Of a DNA stretch of 64,000 nucleotides, positions 57,501 through 64,000 are shown piece after piece. Origin of the DNA: an uncultured Planctomycetota bacterium (GTDB taxonomy: Bacteria > Planctomycetota > Planctomycetia > Isosphaerales > Isosphaeraceae); assembly GCA_963845755.1 (NCBI GenBank), contig CAWJTV010000011.1, positions 256,001 through 320,000 on the forward strand. Direction: 5' to 3'. The notes below the pieces were generated by a model. It searched no databases. It was not told the DNA's origin and saw only the letters and a list, made by a program, of their open reading frames with translations. The translations under genes and the position numbers were made by a program. Positions within the stretch are counted from its first letter, which is position 1; each line of letters opens with the position of its first letter.

Positions 57501-60235
57501 CGGGCGCCGACCAGACGCTCTTCGTCACCTTCATGCCCACCGACACGACCGATTACACCACCGCCAGGGCCACGGCGAGCCTCAACGTGGCGAAGGCCAC
57601 ACCGACGCTCACCTGGGCCAACCCGGCGAGCATCGTCTATGGCACGGCGCTGTCCGGGACCCAGCTCGATGCCACTGCCGGGGTGCCGGGTACCTTTGCC
57701 TACACCCCAGCCGAGGGCACTCTCCTGAGACCGGGCAATGGCCAGACGCTCTCGGTCACCTTCACGCCCGCCGATACCAATGATTACACCACCGCCACGG
57801 CCACGGCGAGGATCAACGTGGCGCAAGCCACCCCGACGATCGCCTGGGCCAACCCGCCGAGCCTTGTCTTTGGCACCGCGCTGTCCGGGACCCAGCTCGA
57901 CGCCACGGCCAGCGTACCGGGGACCTTCACCTACACGCCGGCCGCCGGCACGGTCCTTTCGGCGGGCAACGGCCGGACCCTCTCGGTCACCTTCACGCCC
58001 ACAGATACCACCGATTACGCGGACGCCACGGGCACAGCCACGATCAACGTGGCGCAAGCCAAGCCCACGCTCACCTGGGCCAACCCCGCAAATATCGCCT
58101 ACGGGACAGCCCTGAGCGGGGCCCAGCTCGATGCCACCGCCAGCGTGCCGGGGACCTTCACCTATTCGCCACCCGCCGGCACGGTCCTGAGCGCGGGCGA
58201 CGACCAGTCACTTTCGGTCTCCTTCACGCCCACCGACGCGACCGACTACACCAGCGCCAGGGCCACGGCGAGCCTCAACGTGGCGCAAGCCACGCCGTCG
58301 ATCATCTGGGCCAACCCCGCAAATATCACCTACGGCACGGCGCTCAGCAGCAAGCAGCTCGATGCGACCTCAGGCGTGCCGGGGACTTTCATTTACGCCC
58401 CGGCGGCGGGAACGGTCCTTCCGGCGGGCGACGGCCAGACCCTCTCGGTCACCTTCACGCCCACCAATACCACGGATTACACCACCGCCACGGCCACGGC
58501 AAGCCTCAATGTCCTACCAACGACACAAACCACGCCCACGATCACCTGGGCCGGCCCCGCGGACATCGTCTATGGCACCGCATTGAGCGGGACCCAGCTC
58601 GACGCCACCGCCAGCGTGCCGGGGACTTTCACCTACACACCGGCCGCCGGCACGGTCCTACCGGCAGGCGACGACCAGACGCTCACGGTTTTCTTCACAC
58701 CCACCGATACCAAGGACTACACCACCGCCAGGGCCACGGCGAGCCTCAACGTGGGGCAAGCCGCGCCCATGCTCACCTGGGCCAACCCGGCGAGTATCGT
58801 CTACGGCACGGCACTGAGCAGCCGGCAGCTCGATGCGACCTCGAGCGTGCCGGGGACGTTCGCTTACTCCCCGGCCGCCGGTACGATCCTGAGCGCGGGC
58901 AACGGCCGGACCCTCTCGGTCACCTTCACGCCCACCGACACGACCGATTACACGGATGCCACGGCCACGGCCACGATCAACCTGTCGCAGGCCACGCCCA
59001 CGCTCACCTGGGCCCACCCCGCGAGCATCGTCTATGGCACGGCGCTGTCCGGGACCCAGCTCGATGCGACCTCAAGCGTGCCGGGGACCTTTGCCTATAC
59101 CCCGGCCGCGGGTACGATCCTGAACGCGGGCAACGGACGGACGCTGTCGGTCACCTTCACGCCCACCGATACCAACGATTACACCACCGCCGGGGCCGAG
59201 GCGAGCCTCAACGTGGCGCAAGCCACGCCGACGATCACCTGGACCAACCCGGCGAGCATCGTCTACGGGACCGCCTTGAGCGGGACGCAGCTCGATGCCA
59301 CTGCCAGCGTGCCGGGAAGCTTCGCGTACACCCCGGCCGCCGGTACGGTCTTGCATGCGGGACGCGACCAGACGCTCTCGGTTTCCTTCACGCCCACGGA
59401 TACCATCGATTACACCATTGCCGATGCGACAAGTACAATCAATGTGGCACAAGCCACGCCCACGATCACCTGGGCCAATCCCGCGGACATCGTCAATGGC
59501 ACGGCGCTGTCCGGGACCCAGCTTGATGCCGCCGCCAGCGTGCCCGGAACCTTCGCGTACACGCCGGCTGTCGGCGCCGTCCTGAATGCAGGCAACGACC
59601 AGACGCTCTCGGTCACGTTCACACCCAAGGATACCACCGACTACACCACCACCCGAGCGACTGCGGCGATCAACGTTCTCTCAATACCCACACCGACTCC
59701 CACGCCGACGCCAACTCCTCCCCCATTGGTCACAGTCAGTTCGGTTTCGCCGGCCTTCGGGAAGCACCACGAGGTCAGCACGGTGCTCGTCCAGTTCAGC
59801 GGGCCCGTCAACGTGGCTCTGGCGAACTCGGTCGCGGAATACCGGCTCGCGATCGCCGGCAAGCACGGCTCGTACGATGCCAGGAACGCGCGGGTCATCG
59901 CACTGAAGTCAGCCGCCTATAACAGCGCGACGAACACAGTGACACTGACACCTGTGAAGATGTTCAACCTGAGCAAGCCCGTGGAAGTGCGGGTCGAGGG
60001 CGAGCCACCCTCGGGAATGCTCGACTCATTCGGCCGGTTGATCAGCGTCGTCCCGAATGCCGCTGGTGGTGGCGATACCAACGCAATCTTGAAGAAAGGT
60101 GGGGTGACGATCCTGGCGCGGGAAGCGGTTGTCCGGCCAGATTCGGCTCACGCAGCCGTCCGGCTGCTCCATCGTAGCCGACCGGGGCATGCCGCCATCT
60201 CCGGCCCGCGGAGTCGCCACCGTGCGCGGTCTTGA
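54590..60235 (+). CDS. Giant secreted adhesin-like protein: ELWxxDGT repeats + 16 tandem ~77-aa MBG/Ig-like repeats + PT linker + C-terminal domain; compensating frameshifts near 54938 and 55235
   Basis: LEGLEDRTLL motif and QLWESNGT/QVWQSDGT repeats. 16 copies of TPT(I/L)TWANPA.IVYGTALS..QLDAT.SVPGTF.Y.PAAGT.L. Confidence 0.88.
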   Translation: MTSMLFPRPRRPSVRGRRPIAARRFHLEGLEDRTLLTLSAINLGVTVKSTPVVMNGELFFAGYDATHGVQLWESNGTAQGTVQLTNSNDVNNGINPQDLTVVGNTLFFAADDLTHGGPALEERRHRGRHNLRHRQQRRRRQLRHLPLVPHQRERHPLLHRPGPQRRHPGFPEQRDRRRHHDGGRHPWGQQRARLLSQRLYRCRRHPLLPGRQRDCRRQLWETNGTASGTTMLTSGNASGGGTVPQDLTAVGNTLYFNGFDATNGFQVWQSDGTASGTVRLTSGGATGLGLNPSDLTAVGSTLYFAANDGTHGDQLWSFSGGSATMLSSGNASGGGLSPTNLTAVGNTLFFVGDDGAHGNQLWSSNGTAGGTAMVADINGTSTADVTNLINMNGILYFSAYTTKNGFQVWQSDGTSAGTVMDTDLNTGVSNGPTNFTIMGNALYFTAPGAPMWMWVPTSTQTTPTITWADPANIVYGTALSGTQLDATASVPGTFTYTPAAGTILNAGNNQTLSVTFTPTDTTDYTDATATVAISVSQATPTLTWANPANIVYGTALSSTQLDATSSVPGTFTYTPAAGTVLRAGNGQTLSVMFKPTDTTDYTDATATATINVAQVTPTITWNNPAGIVYGTALSGTQLDATASVPGTFTYTPPAGTVLSAGNGRTLSVTFTPTDTTDYADATGTATINVAQATPTLTWTNPADIVYGTALSGTQLDATASVPGTFTYSPASGTILPAGADQTLSVSFTPTDATDYTDATGTATINVAQATPTLTWANPANIVYGTALSSRQLDATSSVPGTFAYSPAAGTILSAGNGRTLSVTFTPADTNDYTHATDTATINVAQATPVITWANPASIAYGTALSSTQLDAGVNVPGTFAYTPAAGTVLPAGNGQTLSVTFTPTDTTDYTTATATANLNVLPTTQTTPTITWADPADIVYGTALSGTQFDATASVPGTFTYSPPAGTILSAGADQTLFVTFMPTDTTDYTTARATASLNVAKATPTLTWANPASIVYGTALSGTQLDATAGVPGTFAYTPAEGTLLRPGNGQTLSVTFTPADTNDYTTATATARINVAQATPTIAWANPPSLVFGTALSGTQLDATASVPGTFTYTPAAGTVLSAGNGRTLSVTFTPTDTTDYADATGTATINVAQAKPTLTWANPANIAYGTALSGAQLDATASVPGTFTYSPPAGTVLSAGDDQSLSVSFTPTDATDYTSARATASLNVAQATPSIIWANPANITYGTALSSKQLDATSGVPGTFIYAPAAGTVLPAGDGQTLSVTFTPTNTTDYTTATATASLNVLPTTQTTPTITWAGPADIVYGTALSGTQLDATASVPGTFTYTPAAGTVLPAGDDQTLTVFFTPTDTKDYTTARATASLNVGQAAPMLTWANPASIVYGTALSSRQLDATSSVPGTFAYSPAAGTILSAGNGRTLSVTFTPTDTTDYTDATATATINLSQATPTLTWAHPASIVYGTALSGTQLDATSSVPGTFAYTPAAGTILNAGNGRTLSVTFTPTDTNDYTTAGAEASLNVAQATPTITWTNPASIVYGTALSGTQLDATASVPGSFAYTPAAGTVLHAGRDQTLSVSFTPTDTIDYTIADATSTINVAQATPTITWANPADIVNGTALSGTQLDAAASVPGTFAYTPAVGAVLNAGNDQTLSVTFTPKDTTDYTTTRATAAINVLSIPTPTPTPTPTPPPLVTVSSVSPAFGKHHEVSTVLVQFSGPVNVALANSVAEYRLAIAGKHGSYDARNARVIALKSAAYNSATNTVTLTPVKMFNLSKPVEVRVEGEPPSGMLDSFGRLISVVPNAAGGGDTNAILKKGGVTILAREAVVRPDSAHAAVRLLHRSRPGHAAISGPRSRHRARS

Positions 60236-60253
60236 AACTCCCGCGGGGCTCGG

Positions 60254-62704
60254 TCACGGCACCATCGTGATCCTCGACTCGGTGACGGACTCGACCTTCG
60301 GGCGCGAGAAAAATGCGGGGAAATACCGGCCGTTGGCCCAGGACTCGAACAGGTCGCGGTAATGAGGGCTGTCCGGGTCGCCGGACTGGCCCGGCGCGTT
60401 GGTGCCGGCCGAGGCGTCCCAGTCGGACGTGTCGGCGATGATCCGGAAGGAGGCGCCCGACGCCTGGTTGTCGTTGTCCGACGTGCTGTTGACGGTATGT
60501 CCATAGCCGCCGCGCGGCAGTGGGCCGAGGTCCAGCTTCGCCCGAAACCCGGAGGCGACGGCACCGCTCAAGGGATGCTTGAGCAAGACATGCTTCAACC
60601 GGTCCTGGCCGTACTTCCAGTCGTTCATCTCCGGCCCCAGGCGACGATTCAGCTCGACCAAGGCCTGGTCGAGCGACCGGAGCAAGAGCGCGTCACGACC
60701 GGCGGTCGGGTCGGCGCCGAAGCGGCCGTCGGGCACCATGAGCCAGGCGATCAGCTTCTCGGTCGACAACGATCGAGCCGGGAGGATCGCATGGGCTGCC
60801 TCCGGGACCAGTAGGTGGTGCACCGAGATCTTGAGGTGCTTCTCCCAGGTGGCGTAGATCGTCGCCGCGATCGAGTCCCGGTCGAGCACGTCGTCCCAGG
60901 CGAGCAGCGTTTCGATGGCACGGGCCTGCCCCTGTCGGGCCGGCTTGCGTCCCCGGAGCAGCGGCACCAGCGCCCGGGCCGGCAGCGACAGCTCGTCGTG
61001 CTGGAGCCGCATCGAATCCATCAGCGTGAAGCGACGGCTCGCGCCGAGGACTTCCTCGATGCGGGCGAACCGGAACGGGTCGGTCCACTGGAAGCTGACG
61101 GCGAACGGGTAGCCCGGCGGGAGGTTGTCCTGGTTGGCGGTGGCGAGCCATCCGCGGGGCGGATCGGCCACATGAGGCAGGTCGAGGATCGGCAGGAAGC
61201 CGTCCCACTCGTAACGCCCGTCGCCGGGGACGGGGATGAGCCCGTTGCCGTTGGTGCGCCGGGGCGAGAGGCCCACGGCCTGCCAGCCGATGTGGCCGTC
61301 GCGATCGGCCCAGACCATGTTCTCCGAGGGGACGTGGAAGGCGCGGCACGCTTCGCGGAACTCCGTCCAGCTCGCAGCCTGGTCGAGCCGCAGGCTGGCC
61401 AGGTACGGGGCGCCGCCTTCCTCGAGCCAAGCGGCCCGGAGAGAATACGCCCGATGATGAGCCGGGTCTTCGAACACGACCGGCCCGTGCCGGGTGTACT
61501 TCAACTCGACCGATCCCGAGTTGCGCCCCTTCACCGCGATGGTCTCCCGGATCGTCCGCATGGATTCCCAGCCGTCGCGATACCGATAGCGGGACGGGTT
61601 GGCGGGGTCGGTCTCGTAGACGTAGAGATCTTCCTGATCGATCGGGAAGATCGTGAATCCCCAGGCGCCGCGCTCGTTGTGGCCGACCGAGACGCCGGGC
61701 AAGGCCGGCTCGCCGGCGCCGATGACGTTCCAGCCCGGCGCGACCAGGTGGACCCAGTAGCGCAGCGACGGCAACAGCAAGGCCCGGTGCGGATCGTTGG
61801 CCATGATCGCGCCACCGGCGAACGTCCGCGCGCCGGAGATCACCCAGTTGTTGCTCCCCTCCGCCTCGCGATCGAGATCGAAGAAGGTCGCTCCGGATTC
61901 CGGATCGATCGCGGCGACGGCCCGGTCGCCCTTTTCGAGGCCGGCCGCCTTCAGGCGGAACCCGGGCACGACCTCTTCCGGACGGAAGTGGACCGGGGCG
62001 CGCGAGGCGGTGTAGCTCTCGATGAGGGCATCGGAGATGAGCGACAGATCGATCGCTGCGTCGGGCTTCAGCTCGGGCCGACCAGGATGGAGATTGAGCA
62101 GCTCCCGCGCGCGATCGGCGCCCAGGACGTGGACAAGCTGCGCGTACTGCACCTCCTGGGTGACATTGCGATACAGCCCATTGTGTCGCGAGACCACGAT
62201 CTCGGGCGTCCACTTCCCCGGCGGGATTCCCAGGATTTCGAACTCGATCGGCAGCCGCTCCTGCTTTCGTTCGGTCCGGTCGATGTAAGCGTTGATCCCC
62301 TCGACGAAGGCCCCGACGATCTCGGCGCCCCGGGGATGGTAGTGATTTAGCTCGCGACCCAGGTCGCCGCGGAACTTCAGCATCCGCGCGCCGATGTCGC
62401 CGGAGAGGGCCCGCGGACCCTGGAGCTCGGCCAGCGTCCCTGTCGCCCGACGCCGCCACAGCTCCAGTTGGAAGAGCCGGTCGCGCGCGGCGGAGTAGCC
62501 CTGGGCCAGGAACAGGTCGTGCTCGTTGCGAGCATAAATATGAGAGATCCCCCAGCGGTCGCGCAGGATCTCGACGGGCTCGCGAAGTCCGGGGAGGACT
62601 TGCTTCTCTTCCGCCGCCCAGGCGATCGACGCCATCGAGGCGATCGCGACGACCACCGCGACGATCCGATGCGGCAGCTCAATGAGACAGAATCGATCAC
62701 ACAT
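60254..62704 (-). CDS. Penicillin acylase family (peptidase S45, Ntn hydrolase)
   Basis: Signal peptide, RDRWGISHIYA, QGY..ARDRLFQ, GSNNWVISG, ANDPHR, ATAN and PGQSGDPDSPHY. Confidence 0.93.
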   Translation of the reverse strand: MCDRFCLIELPHRIVAVVVAIASMASIAWAAEEKQVLPGLREPVEILRDRWGISHIYARNEHDLFLAQGYSAARDRLFQLELWRRRATGTLAELQGPRALSGDIGARMLKFRGDLGRELNHYHPRGAEIVGAFVEGINAYIDRTERKQERLPIEFEILGIPPGKWTPEIVVSRHNGLYRNVTQEVQYAQLVHVLGADRARELLNLHPGRPELKPDAAIDLSLISDALIESYTASRAPVHFRPEEVVPGFRLKAAGLEKGDRAVAAIDPESGATFFDLDREAEGSNNWVISGARTFAGGAIMANDPHRALLLPSLRYWVHLVAPGWNVIGAGEPALPGVSVGHNERGAWGFTIFPIDQEDLYVYETDPANPSRYRYRDGWESMRTIRETIAVKGRNSGSVELKYTRHGPVVFEDPAHHRAYSLRAAWLEEGGAPYLASLRLDQAASWTEFREACRAFHVPSENMVWADRDGHIGWQAVGLSPRRTNGNGLIPVPGDGRYEWDGFLPILDLPHVADPPRGWLATANQDNLPPGYPFAVSFQWTDPFRFARIEEVLGASRRFTLMDSMRLQHDELSLPARALVPLLRGRKPARQGQARAIETLLAWDDVLDRDSIAATIYATWEKHLKISVHHLLVPEAAHAILPARSLSTEKLIAWLMVPDGRFGADPTAGRDALLLRSLDQALVELNRRLGPEMNDWKYGQDRLKHVLLKHPLSGAVASGFRAKLDLGPLPRGGYGHTVNSTSDNDNQASGASFRIIADTSDWDASAGTNAPGQSGDPDSPHYRDLFESWANGRYFPAFFSRPKVESVTESRITMVP

Positions 62705-62807
62705 CGCGCAGGTTCCTCGATCTCTGGACGGCGGAATTGCCGACTCTCCTGCCTATCTTGCTGTCCGTTTCCGCTCGAGGGAAGATGCGCCTGGATCGAT
62801 CCTCGGA

Positions 62808-63179
62808 TCAGAGGATGGTTGCCTTGATATGCCAATCGTCGGGCAGTTGCGGATACTGGACTGCCTCGTCCGCAGTGATGGGACGCTTGGCCCGGATGGT
62901 GAAGTGGATCCAGCCACCGCATCGGGGGCACCGGCCGACGAATCCCGTATCATTCCACCAGGCGCGTACCAACGGATCATGGACAGCACGTCCGTGGTCT
63001 TCCAGCCGGAAATCAATCGCCTGCATCGGCTGGTCACAATCATCATGGGGGCAGGATGTCTCCGGATAGACGATTTGCGGTGCCATCTGTTGTTCCTGAC
63101 CGCCCTGCCGGTAGAGGGCATGCATCTGTTCCAATTCTTCCACTGAGGGAGTCATTGCCTCGGTCCGTACCTCGGCCAT
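62808..63179 (-). CDS. Small Cys-containing (zinc-ribbon-like) hypothetical protein
   Basis: AAGGAGG RBS; CPHDDC and CPRC pairs. Confidence 0.6.
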   Translation of the reverse strand: MAEVRTEAMTPSVEELEQMHALYRQGGQEQQMAPQIVYPETSCPHDDCDQPMQAIDFRLEDHGRAVHDPLVRAWWNDTGFVGRCPRCGGWIHFTIRAKRPITADEAVQYPQLPDDWHIKATIL

Positions 63180-63313
63180 CGCCCACCTCCTTTATCCTCG
63201 ACCCGGCATGAACGCGACTCAAGAGACACCTGATGAATAGTCTACTCGAATTCGAGGGCGATCGAAATGGCTCGATCAGATCGTCCGGCTGAAGACACCA
63301 GGACATCCCTGCG

Positions 63314-63978
63314 TCATCTCGTTCGGCCGCCGTAATCGCCGATACCGTGCTCCAGCAGGTCGAGTGCGGCCTCGGCCGCGGAGGTGAGGAAGGCGTGGAT
63401 CGCCTTCGCGCTCTCGCCGGCGCGGCGGCGGCGCTCGGCTTCGAGGAACAGGGAAGCGTAGAGCGCCAGGACCTGGCTCGCCACCAGCCGGGGAGTGGGA
63501 TCGTTCGGCCCTTTGCCGGCGTCCTTCGCCAGGGACGCGGCGAGGGTGTCCTCCGCGCCGCGGGCCGCCCCCCGTTGCCGATGCACCGCGCGGACCTGCA
63601 AGGCGGGGCTGCCCTGGAAGACTCGCCGAACGGATGCCTGGTGCCCGCGATTGCCCTGGAGCTGGGATGTCTCGTGGAACTGCTCGATCCGCTCCGACAG
63701 ATGACGGCGAGGAATACAGTCACCGGCTCGCCGGGCCGGCGGTCGCTCGCTAGTCGATCGAACGCGGACGCCATCGGCTCCTCCGAGCCGAAGAAGAGGT
63801 CCTCCTTGGTCGGGAAGTGGTTGAACACCGTGTTGATCGACACGTCCGCCGCCTCGGCCACCTGGGCGACCGTCACCTCGTCGAAGCCCCGCTCGACGAA
63901 CAGGCGCATCGCCGCCTCGGCGATGACTCGCCGCGTCTGCTCCCGCTTCCGCTCGCGACGACCCGATTGCCCGTTCAT
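63314..63978 (-). CDS. TetR family transcriptional regulator; frameshift near 63705
   Basis: RRERKREQTRRVIAEAAMRLFVERGFDEVTVAQVAEAADVSINTVFNHFPTKEDL; the C-terminus AALDLLEHGI is in another frame. Confidence 0.9.
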
Positions 63979-64000
63979 GCCCGAATTCCTGAGAGCCTGC

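Overview
GC-rich bacterial window with a planctomycete gene complement (DUF1549/DUF1553 + DUF1501, DUF1559, LExRxLL-type secreted giants, many ECF sigma/Ser-Thr kinase genes), probably Isosphaeraceae-like (inference). Many genes carry 1-bp frameshifts, most likely uncorrected long-read errors, so several CDS calls join ORF fragments. The central feature is an ~18 kb co-oriented locus (25867-44227). It has one ECF sigma factor, four tandem membrane Ser/Thr kinase-WD40(-TPR) receptor genes and an embedded STAS protein. The kinase halves are near-identical, whereas the propeller blades vary at fixed codons, including two amber codons at the same blade position. Mobile DNA includes an IS481-like element nested inside a 120-bp MITE (an empty copy lies at 8072-8191), a 425-bp MITE that removes the conserved C-terminus of kinase 2, and several REP-like cassettes. 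Also present are yhaO/yhaN, several toxin-antitoxin-like pairs, a truncated TIR-TPR locus, a second ECF(TIGR02999-like)/kinase pair, iorA without iorB, a penicillin acylase, and two large secreted repeat proteins that share a C-terminal domain. No rRNA, tRNA or CRISPR array was recognised.
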